Origin: Octopus sinensis
Taxonomy: Eukaryota
Length of the DNA stretch: 64,000 nt
Direction: 5' to 3'
Assembly (NCBI RefSeq): GCF_006345805.1
Contig: NC_042997.1
Coordinates: 93,124,001 to 93,188,000 of the forward strand
The position numbers were made by a program, and so were the translations under genes. The notes beneath the pieces were generated by a model. It saw nothing but the letters and a program-made list of their open reading frames with translations. It searched no databases and was not told where the DNA came from. Below, in pieces: positions 1-9,509 of this stretch (positions within the stretch are counted from its first letter, which is position 1; each line of letters opens with the position of its first letter).

Positions 1-742
1 ATTTTCGTGGTTGAAACCTTTTGGATTAACTGGTGCTAGAGTGAGCAATATAGTGACCACTCTCTTATATTTATTTTGTAAAAATATTATAATATGTTAT
101 AAAATATTATAATAATCCAGGTTTCTCGTAGCACTAGGCCACTTGGTGTTGAATAAATATACTATTAAATTAGTATCTAATTCTCTCTCACCCTTATTAA
201 TTAATTATAATTATGCTGCATTTATTTCTAAATGCTGTATTTGTTTTCCGTGAGAGTTTGGCGCGCTGTTGGTTGGGGCATTTGAATTATAACGTCGGAT
301 GTAATCAATTGAACCACACGCGTATTTATCGTTATGGTAAAATCTGGCGTGTGATTGAGTGGATTTCATCCAGATAGTCTTGGCTGACGAGCTACAAATG
401 GATTTTTTGTAAGTATATTACATTTAATTCATTAATAGCGAAACAATTGTCCCAAAATAATCTGTATTTTGTTATTTTTATTTGCCCTGTCCGTGTGAGC
501 TAACAGTCGTACTGACTTTCATGGGAAGCATGTATTTTCGTGGTTGAAACCTTTTGGATTAACTGGTGCTAGAGTGAGCAATATAGTGACCACTCTCTTA
601 TATTTATTTTGTAAAAATATTATATATGTTATAAAATATTATAATAATCCAGGTTTCTCGTAGCACTAGGCCACTTGGTGTTGAATAAATACTATTAAAT
701 AGTATCTAATTCTCATATTCTCTCACCCTTATTAATTAATTA
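1..742 (+). repeat. ~532-bp HHR-containing tandem repeat (retrozyme-like), right end of an array that runs off the window
   Basis: ATTTTCGTGGTTGAAACC recurs at 1 and 534 (533-bp period). The array ends at ...CTCTCACCCTTATTAATTAATTA|CATATATA, the same junction as at 8093. Confidence 0.93.
380..455 (+). ncRNA. Type I hammerhead ribozyme motif (family A)
   Basis: Stem I TTGG(380-383)/CCAA(452-455); core CTGACGA 384-390; stem II closed by GCTA(391-394)/TAGC(436-439); GAAA 440-443; palindromic stem III ACAATTGT; GUC triplet with predicted cleavage after 451. Confidence 0.9.
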
Positions 743-761
743 CATATATATATATATATAT

Positions 762-1030
762 AAACGGCAGTTTGTCTGTCTGTGTGTCTGTGTGTCTGTC
801 AGGTTGAACCCCCACCCTGACCACGGCTTTCAACAACGATTCTGATGAAACTTGACACACACGTAGCCCAATGTCATAATTCAAAACTAACGCAGCGAAA
901 ATTTTGAAAAGTTCCCCCAGTTCTGAAAAAAGAACGATAAATTCGACATGGGTCAGGAATCTAAGCTTTTTATATGCAACACATTTTCTACAGACTGGCT
1001 AGGGGACGCAACTCGACCTTTTTAACTCTC
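762..1030 (+). mobile_element. Non-autonomous Helitron-like 5' segment (also 8113-8379 and 12655-12921)
   Basis: (TA)n-AAACGGCAGTTTGTCTGTCTGTGTGTC...CAACCGATTCTGATGAAACTTGACACACAC resembles, from memory, the 5' ends of invertebrate non-autonomous Helitrons (TA-rich start, short microsatellite, ACCGATT..GATGAAACTT motif). No 5' TC or 3' hairpin-CTRR end is seen. Confidence 0.45.
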
Positions 1031-2156
1031 GGAACACGTGGGGTACGTATCCCAAAATGTATAAAAATGTACAAAAACGGCAAAAAAGCGGGCAGCAATG
1101 TGAGTGACAACAACGAAAAAGTCAAAAGTGACCAAACTGAACAAACGAATGGAAAAGGTTTTTTGATGCACACGACAAAAGCGGTTTATAATAAACCAAG
1201 AGTTTGCAAGTAGCGTCCGAGGACCCTTAGGGTACATCAAAAATTTAAGGTAAAACGTTTGGGGTAGTAGTTATAAAGAAAGTGTAAACAAAAAAAGTAT
1301 TCGAATAACTTGCGGCTGCAGCAGCTATTAGCAGAAGTGGCGGTGTTGGGGTAAAGTCACGAATGTAATTTCTTCCTGGTAGGAATTGGTTGGGTTGAAT
1401 TATCGATAGCTGTTTGATAGTTATTTGGGAGTGAAGAGAAGACATTGCAACCTACATATGTATATATATGTATGTATACACACTCATATATGCATATATG
1501 CATATACATAAACATATATATATATAAGTACGCACACACATTTATAGAACAATATACCTCATACCACCTAACTTTATGGTCTTATATATATATATAAACT
1601 TACTGTTAACAAAAGTCGGTATGCGTGGCGTTCAATTATTCCATAAATGAAAAATGCATTTAATACTACAAAACGTACACATGGGACGGACACAAGGACC
1701 CTAATCTTTCCTCAGTTATCGACCAAAAATAGTAATACCCAGTTTCGTGCCTTTATATGTATATCAACGTGAGCGCGTGCGCACACACACGTGGCAGTAA
1801 ACGTCACCAAACTATATTTCTCACAATGAGAAAACATTTTCCCTTCATGTGAGCACTTGAAATACAGTTTTCCAATAATTGTAAATGTTGTTGTTGTAAA
1901 AACATACACTGTTAAATTTTTTTTTCCTTTTAATTCTCACAATTAAGTGAGAAAAATATTCAATTAACGTGAACCACTAACTTGGAAGACAGATACGCCT
2001 CCAAACAAAAAATTCTCACAATTAAGTGAGAAAAAATATTCACTCCACTGCAGGTAGACCAGAATTTAGAATCCAGTAGGACTTCCTGCTTGTACAAAAA
2101 AAAATTGCCGCAAAACAAAAAATTCCATCTGGACCCAAGAAACAGAATCTGACCTT

Positions 2157-2890
2157 ACAATGATTGTCCCTTCACAGCACTCAGCCTCTCGTGCCGAGAG
2201 ACGCGGGCTACCAGACAGGAAGTCCCTAAGGGCCTCACCATGATCCAGCTTTTTGCTCCTCCCGAACAACACGGCAAAGTGCTTGTAAAGTGCCTCATAC
2301 ATCTCGCCCCATCCGTCGACCGAACTCCCATTATCGTCAATCAGAGACCTAATTGTGGCATTATTGCCATGCTGGGTTTCTACCGCACGGGCAATCCGGC
2401 AACATTAATTCCCTCACAGCTCAATGTTCGCACTTTAGCACGAACTCTATTCCTCATGTTTGGCTTTGAGGTGACGGTTCAAAGCCGTTCTCGCTGCCAA
2501 AATGTGGGATGCGGAACCCAACCTCAACGCCTCTTCTAAGTCCTTAACTAGTTGCCCTTCTATTCTGGCATTATCTAGTCTTAGCTGACGGCTAAACCTA
2601 ACAGGCTCAAAACGAATGGCTTCTTGAGGGCGAACCACTATCTGTTATTAACCACGGAGCCGGTTAACGCCCTCTGTGCTATTTAGTAGAAAGGATGCGG
2701 TATGCCTCGCAAGTCAAAATATACTTGTTCAGCTTCAAGTAACCGGATCTGCTCTTAACTGTACTGTCTATGTTCAGCCTACACTCGACCATTCTATGGT
2801 CAGTGTAGGACAATTGAACAAGCTGTGGACAACTAACGCTAGCCTTATCTCTAGATCTCGGACACATCTATGCTGTCGTCTGGGGAGTCG
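2157..2890 (-). pseudogene. L1/Tx1-clade LINE ORF2 fragment (end of APE domain plus linker), frameshifted
   Basis: Minus-strand translation gives YTDHRMVECRLNIDSTVKSRSGYLKLNKYIL (SDH..GYWKLN-type), WFALKKAIRF and ETQHGNNATIRSLIDDNG...YKHFAVLF...RLSAREAECCEG. Confidence 0.75.
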
Positions 2891-4439
2891 TGTTTTTCTT
2901 TGCACTGGGTGCCTCAGATACCAAGGGGGTGGGGGATTTTGTTATTGTAGGGGCTTGTGTCTTCAGGGGTTGGGTCGTTTTGTTTGCGTGTTTGGGGCTG
3001 GCACCGCAACTGAGGGGAATGTTTGTCTTTGTAGGGGCTGGTGTGTGTGTAAGCTTGGGATTGTTTTCCCAATTGTAGAGCCTGGTGGCTGTAAAAGTTT
3101 ATCATTCTTTAGTGTCTCCTCCTCCTTCTTTCTCTCCTCACTATGGAGCCGGATGTGACCTTCTTTTCACATTCATTACAGGTGGTTTTTTCCTCCACCT
3201 GTATTTGAAATGTTCTCACCCACGAGAACATTTCTATGTCTCACCGGAAGACATTTCTATGTCTTGTTACTCAATACTTTTGTAAAGAACAAATTTGTTA
3301 TTCTATGGGAGTCCGATAAATTCAATTAGGGTAGTTGGTAAACAGTCTGTCTAGCATTTTGCATTTATAATATATGGATTTATATTTTAGTCTTAGATTA
3401 CATTGTCCGTTCTTTGTTTGTAAATCATGCTTTGTGAATACATTAGCTGAGTTAGATTTCCTTTTTAGTCATACAGGATTGCGCTGTTTATCGGTGTCCA
3501 TGTAATTTTCTAGTCCTCGATTACCATACCTTCTCATAGTCGCTGTCATGTATCGTGCTTAGAAATAATCAACATTCTGAAAGTGTACATCGAATCACGT
3601 GTTGATCTCGTCTTTTCCCCCGAAGTCCTGCCAAATAAACGAAATCTTACATTATCATATAATGGTTTACACAAGTAGCTCTTAAACTAAGCGGCAGTAC
3701 CTCCTACGGAGCGTTGTGAGCAACAAGAGGGCCAAAATTGTCAAGAAGATGTTATGGAGAAGCTCAGAATTTAGATAGACCTGTGATTTCTTTTTTGAGA
3801 AGTAAAATATTTAGATATTTATTGCAGATATGATAATTGTATTTTAAACATAGTCAAAATATTTAATTATTTGGAATATGAATCATTGTTATCAGTGAAT
3901 ACAAAATGTGACTGATAAGACGCCTGGGCCCAATATAATTGTATGAGATAAGTGCACACTATTTTAAAACCAAATAGATAATTAATCACTGCATAAAATT
4001 AAACAATACACGAGCGCACATGAACATGCATGCATTTAAATAGTCAATTTCTCCTGATAAGAAAAGCTAAATTTTAAACTCCCACCCAAATCAGTCTACC
4101 TTTTCTTCTATTCATTAATTGTTCAATTTCGAAATTCCCACTTGTAAATCTCACAACTCGATAGTTAATATTTGCTGTAACTCAACTGTTTCTTCACACG
4201 AAAATCCGATTCAGGTTTATACTTTCAACACCAGAAACACTCACCATCTTCTTCGCTCATTGGATGCATGTATTAAGTATACGGACAGATGGAATCCTTT
4301 CTTTCATAGATGGACTCAACCAGAAATGACACGGAGCTGAATAACCACATCGACAATAAATAAGCGTTTGAAAGGAAGGAATGTTTACCGCCTGCAAGGG
4401 CCACATTCATTTAAGAAGTGTAGTTCTACATTTCATATT

Positions 4440-5010
4440 GTCATAGAGAATCCACGATGTCCAGCCTGGTCGCAAGCCTGTTCTCTGGCCAGGCCCATAT
4501 CTACCAGATTCTATGCCACAAACTCAACGAAGTCCCAACAGTCACCTACGTCCCCATTTCTGAGAGAAGCTCTCCCTGGTTTCTTCATGGGCAAACATCT
4601 TGCGGTGTCATACAAATTGTATCCCATAAACTACTTATCCTGACCCTTCCCATGACTTCTTCCTTTGTTGTGTGGTCGCATTAATGAAAATTCTTAGTAT
4701 GTTTCTAAAGAGACTGCTGTGAAAAATATCGACAGCTCACAGATTCTGCCGAATTTTTTTCCACGTTTCGCAGGCATAGGTTGTCGTTGCCATAACGATG
4801 ACGTACACAGGTATAGTTTGGTGCCTTGGTTAACGAGGGAGTTGAATCAATCAAGCTTCAGCATCAAATAACTGCCACCTTGCTAAGTTCTTTCTCCACA
4901 TCATTTTTCATGCTTCTATCGTTAGGGATATTGCTGCCCAGGTATGTGATTACTAGAATCTGATCCTCCGCTTAGACTTTAGCAGCTGTTCTTCAACAGT
5001 AATGATTACT
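4440..5010 (-). pseudogene. RTE-clade LINE RT C-terminal relic
   Basis: Minus strand gives ITYLGSNI, IVMATTTYACETWK, DIFHSSLFRNILRI and DHTTKEEVMGRV, typical RTE thumb/3' motifs, with many stops. Confidence 0.7.
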
Positions 5011-5206
5011 TTCGTTTATTCATTACTGATCTGTTGCTAAGACCGGTCGTACAAACAGGAAAGATTCCCTCCAAGCTAATTGAGGAAACGGTAAAAACCA
5101 CACATCCCTTAAAAAAAACGGCTCTTATGCAGGCTGAAACTCCGATCATGTTCATTGAGACGGCGAAGAAGAATTTCTTAAAAGCTTCAGAGAGTGAGGG
5201 AGAGAA

Positions 5207-5247
<41 letters not shown>

Positions 5248-5271
5248 GGGAGACAATGAGAGTTTTATATA

Positions 5272-5283
5272 TACATATATATA
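5272..5283 (+). other. Target-site duplication, left copy (TACATATATATA); right copy 8092-8103, also 741-752
   Basis: The same 12-mer lies on both sides of the HHR insertion. It occurs once at the uninterrupted unit2/unit3 junction (~12634-12654). Each edge overlaps the insert by 1-2 nt. Confidence 0.75.
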
Positions 5284-5437
5284 AAATAAATATAAGAGAG
5301 TGGTCACTATATTGCTCACTCTAGCACCAGTTAATCCAAAAGGTTTCAACCACGAAAATACATGCTTCCCATGAAAGTCAGTACGACTGTTAGCTCACAC
5401 GGACAGGGCAAATAAAAATAACAAAATACAGATTATT

Positions 5438-5513
5438 TTGGGACAATTGTTCGCTATTAATGAATTAAATGTAATATTACTTACAAAAAATCCATTTGTA
5501 GCTCGTCAGCCAA
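5438..5513 (-). ncRNA. HHR family A, minus strand, one A missing from GAAA
   Basis: Plus strand reads TTGGGACAATTGTTCGCTA (GTTC rather than GTTTC) ... TCGTCAGCCAA. The lost base is either a sequencing error or an inactivating mutation. Confidence 0.6.
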
Positions 5514-5967
5514 GACTATCTGGATGAAATCCACTCAATCACACGCCAGATTTTACCATAACGATAAATACGCGTGTGGTTCAATTGATTACATCCGACG
5601 TTATAATTCAAATGCCCCAACCAACAGCGCGCCAAACTCTCACGGAAAACAAATACAGCATTTAGAAATAAATGCAGCATAATTATAATTAATTAATAAG
5701 GGTGAGAGAATTAGATACTAATTTAATAGTATATTTATTCAACACCAAGTGGCCTAGTGCTACGAGAAACCTGGATTATTATAATATTTTAAACATATTA
5801 TAATATTTTTACAAAATAAATATAAGAGAGTGGTCACTATATTGCTCACTCTAGCACCAGTTAATCCAAAAGGTTTCAACCACGAAAATACATGCTTCCC
5901 ATGAAAGTCAGTACGACTGTTAGCTCACACGGACAGGGCAAATAAAAATAACAAAATACAGATTATT

Positions 5968-6044
5968 TTGGGACAATTGTTTCGCTATTAATGAATTAAA
6001 TTTAATATTACTTACAAAAAATCCATTTGTAGCTCGTCAGCCAA
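5968..6044 (-). ncRNA. HHR family A, minus strand, intact core
   Basis: Plus strand reads TTGGGACAATTGTTTCGCTA...TAGCTCGTCAGCCAA, the reverse complement of the full motif. Confidence 0.87.
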
Positions 6045-6659
6045 GACTATCTGGATGAAATCCACTCAATCACACGCCAGATTTTACCATAACGATAAAT
6101 ACGCGTGTGGTTCAATTGATTACATCCGACGTTATAATTCAAATGCCCCAACCAACAGCGCGCCAAAATTACATTTAATTCATTAATAGCGAAACAATTG
6201 TCCCAAAATAATCTGTATTTTGTTATTTTTATTTGCCCTGTCCGTGTGAGCTAACAGTCGTACTGACTTTCATGGGAAGCATGTATTTTCGTGGTTGAAA
6301 CCTTTTGGATTAACTGGTGCTAGAGTGAGCAATATAGTGACCACTCTCTTATATTTATTTTGTAAAAATATTATAATATGTTATAAAATATTATAATAAT
6401 CCAGGTTTCTCGTAGCACTAGGCCACTTGGTGTTGAATAAATATACTATTAAATTAGTATCTAATCTCTCACCCTTATTAATTAATTATAATTATGCTGA
6501 TTTATTTCTAAATGCTGTATTTGTTTTCCGTGAGAGTTTGGCGCGCTGTTGGTTGGGGCATTTGAATTATAACGTCGGATGTAATCAATTGAACCACACG
6601 CGTATTTATCGTTATGGTAAAATCTGGCGTGTGATTGAGTGGATTTCATCCAGATAGTC

Positions 6660-6735
6660 TTGGCTGACGAGCTACAATGGATTTTTTGTAAGTAATATTA
6701 CATTTAATTCATTAATAGCGAAACAATTGTCCCAA
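6660..6735 (+). ncRNA. HHR family A
   Basis: TTGG-CTGACGA(6664-6670)-GCTA...TAGC-GAAA-CAATTG-TC(6731)-CCAA. Confidence 0.88.
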
Positions 6736-7190
6736 AATAATCTGTATTTTGTTATTTTTATTTGCCCTGTCCGTGTGAGCTAACAGTCGTACTGACTTTC
6801 ATGGGAAGCATGTATTTTCGTGGTTGAAACCTTTTGGATTAACTGGTGCTAGAGTGAGCAATATAGTGACCACTCTCTTATATTTATTTTGTAAAAATAT
6901 TATAATATGTTATAAAATATTATAATAATCCAGGTTTCTCGTAGCACTAGGCCACTTGGTGTTGAATAAATATACTATTAAATTAGTATCTAATTCTCTC
7001 ACCCTTATTAATTAATTATAATTATGCTGCATTTATTTCTAAATGCTGTATTTGTTTTCCGTGAGAGTTTGGCGCGCTGTTGGTTGGGGCATTTGAATTA
7101 TAACGTCGGATGTAATCAATTGAACCACACGCGTATTTATCGTTATGGTAAAATCTGGCGTGTGATTGAGTGGATTTCATCCAGATAGTC

Positions 7191-7267
7191 TTGGCTGACG
7201 AGCTACAAATGGATTTTTTGTAAGTAATATTACATTTAATTCATTAATAGCGAAACAATTGTCCCAA
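7191..7267 (+). ncRNA. HHR family A
   Basis: TTGG-CTGACGA(7195-7201)-GCTA...TAGC-GAAA(7252-7255)-CAATTG-TC(7263)-CCAA. Confidence 0.9.
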
Positions 7268-7731
7268 AATAATCTGTATTTTGTTATTTTTATTTGCCCT
7301 GTCCGTGTGAGCTAACAGTCGTACTGACTTTCATGGGAAGCATGTATTTTCGTGGTTGAAACCTTTTGGATTAACTGGTGCTAGAGTGAGCAATATAGTG
7401 ACCACTCTCTTATATTTATTTTGTAAAAATATTATAATATGTTATAAAATATTATAATAATCCAGGTTTCTCGTAGCACTAGGCCACTTGGTGTTGAATA
7501 ATAATATTATTAGTATCTAATCTACTATCACCCATAAATTATAAAATTGATATAAATACTGACTTTGTTTTCTAAATGCTGCTAATGCTGTATTTGTTTT
7601 CCGTGAGAGTTGGCGCGCTGTTGGTTGGGGCATTTGAATTATAACGTCGGATGTAATCAATTGAACCACACGCGTATTTATCGTTATGGTAAAATCTGGC
7701 GTGTGATTGAGTGGATTTCATCCAGATAGTC

Positions 7732-7809
7732 TTGGCTGACGAGCTACAAATGGATTTTTGTAGTAGTAATATTACATTTAATTCATTAATAGCGAAACAA
7801 TTGTCCCAA
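7732..7809 (+). ncRNA. HHR family A
   Basis: TTGG-CTGACGA(7736-7742)-GCTA...TAGC-GAAA(7794-7797)-CAATTG-TC(7805)-CCAA. Confidence 0.88.
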
Positions 7810-9509
7810 AATAATCTGTATTTTGTTATTTTTATTTGCCCTGTCCGTGTGAGCTAACAGTGGTACTGACTTTCATGGGAAGCATGTATTTTCGTGTTGT
7901 TGAAACCTTTTGGATTAACTGGTGCTAGAGTGAGCAATATAGTGACCACTCTCTTATATTTATTTTGTAAAAATATTATAAATGTTTAAAAATATTATAA
8001 TAATCCAGGTTTCTCGTAGCACTAGGCCACTTGGTGTTGAATAAATATACTATTAAATTAGTATCTAATTCTCTCACCCTTATTAATTAATTACATATAT
8101 ATATATATATATAAACGGCAGTTTGTCTGTCTGTGTGTCTGTGTGTCTGTCAGGTTGAACCCCCACCCTGACCACGGCTTTCAACCGATTCTGATGAAAC
8201 TTGACACACACGTAGCCCAATGTCATAATTCAAAACTAACGCAGCGAAAATTTTGAAAAGTTCCCCCAGTTCTGAAAAAAGAACGATAAATTCGACATGG
8301 GTCAGGAATCTAAGCTTTTTATATGCAACACATTTTCTACAGACTGGCTAGGGGACGCAACTCGACCTTTTTAACTCTCGGAACACGTGGGGTACGTATC
8401 CCAAAATGTATAAAAATGTACAAAAACGGCAAAAAAGCGGGCAGCAATGTGAGTGACAACAACGAAAAAGTCAAAAGTGACCAAACTGAACAAACGAATG
8501 GAAAAGGTTTTTTGATGCACACGACAAAAGCGGTTTATAATAAACCAAGAGTTTGCAAGTAGCGTCCGAGGACCCTTAGGGTACATCAAAAATTTAAGGT
8601 AAAACGTTTGGGGTAGTAGTTATAAAGAAAGTGTAAACAAAAAAAGTATTCGAATAACTTGCGGCTGCAGCAGCTATTAGCAGAAGTGGCGGTGTTGGGG
8701 GTAAAGTCACGAATGTAATTTCTTCCTGGTAGGAATTGGTTGGGTTGAATTATCGATAGCTGTTTGATAGTTATTTGGGAGTGAAGAGAAGACATTGCAA
8801 CCTACATATGTATATATATGTATGTATACACACTCATATACATGCATATATGCATATACATAAACATATATATATATAAGTACGCACACACATTTATAGA
8901 ACAATATACCTCATACCACCTAACTTTATGGTCTTATATATATATATAAACTTACTGTTAACAAAAGTCGGTATGCGTGGCGTTCAATTATTCCATAAAT
9001 GAAAAATGCATTTAATACTACAAAACGTACACATGGGACGGACACAAGGACCCTAATCTTTCCTCAGTTATCGACCAAAAATAGTAATACCCAGTTTCGT
9101 GCCTTTATATGTATATCAACGTGAGCGCGTGCGCACACACACGTGGCAGTAAACGTCACCAAACTATATTTCTCACAATGAGAAAACATTTTCCCTTCAT
9201 GTGAGCACTTGAAATACAGTTTTCCAATAATTGTAAATGTTGTTGTTGTAAAAACATACACTGTTAAATTTTTTTTTCCTTTTTTAATTCTCACAATTAA
9301 GTGAGAAAAATATTCAATTAACGTGAACCACTAACTTGGAAGACAGATACGCCTCCAAACAAAAAATTCTCACAATTAAGTGAGAAAAATATTCACTCCA
9401 CTGCAGGTAGACCAGAATTTAGAATCCAGTAGGACTTCCTGCTTGTACAAAAAAAAATTGCCGCAAAAAAAAAAATTCCATCTGGACCCAAGAAACAGAA
9501 TCTGACCTT

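Larger units (their letters stand above)
762..5283 (+). repeat. 4.54-kb composite tandem unit, copy 1
   Basis: Starts AAACGGCAGTTTGTCTG at 762, repeated at 8113 and 12655. Ends (GA)n-GAGACAATGAGAGTTTT(TA)n. Near-identical to copy 2, with differences mostly 1-nt indels. Confidence 0.95.
5284..6167 (-). repeat. Inverted segment of the ~532-bp HHR repeat (~1.7 units)
   Basis: Reverse complement of about 6537-7422. It begins AAATAAATATAAGAGAGTGGTCAC. Confidence 0.93.
5284..8091. mobile_element. Retrozyme/Penelope pLTR-like insertion: inverted 5' segment plus tandem HHR units, in a (TA)n tract
   Basis: Reverse-oriented units 5284-6167 are joined at CGCCAAA|ATTACATTT to forward units 6168-8093. 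The block is flanked by the TSD and has no ORF. Confidence 0.75.
6168..8093 (+). repeat. Forward tandem array of the ~532-bp HHR repeat (~3.6 units)
   Basis: GUC cleavage-site C at 6202 (half motif), 6731, 7263 and 7805; spacings 529, 532 and 542 (the last unit is noisy around 7500-7580). Confidence 0.95.

Noticed and set aside
398-416. ATG GAT TTT TT|GTAAGT in the tandem unit as a start codon plus splice donor of a duplicated gene
   Set aside because: The sequence is fully explained as the 5' strand of HHR stem II, and no downstream coding exon is evident.
842-860. CTGATGAAAC in the Helitron-like head as an HHR core
   Set aside because: There is no stem II between CTGATGA and GAAA and no cleavage-site stem.
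974-1240. Short ORFs repeated in each 4.54-kb unit (MQHIFYRL..., MCIKKPF...)
   Set aside because: They are 60-80 aa, overlap on both strands and have no recognisable motif; they recur only because the DNA is duplicated.
3170-3240. Hairpin-GAAA-hairpin as an HHR
   Set aside because: No CUGANGA upstream, and three extra T separate the first hairpin from GAAA.
5200-5283. Helitron 3' terminus (hairpin plus CTRR) at the end of the 4.54-kb unit
   Set aside because: The unit ends in (GA)n and (TA)n with no GC hairpin or CTRR, so the Helitron call stays limited to the head and low in confidence.
7500-7580. A diverged variant unit inside the HHR array
   Set aside because: Dense clustered indels amid otherwise near-identical sequence look like low-coverage long-read consensus noise.
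1-8093. CRISPR array, 5S rDNA or snRNA/tRNA gene array
   Set aside because: Whole units are repeated with no unique spacers, there is no resemblance to 5S, U-snRNA or tRNA sequences, and the context is eukaryotic.
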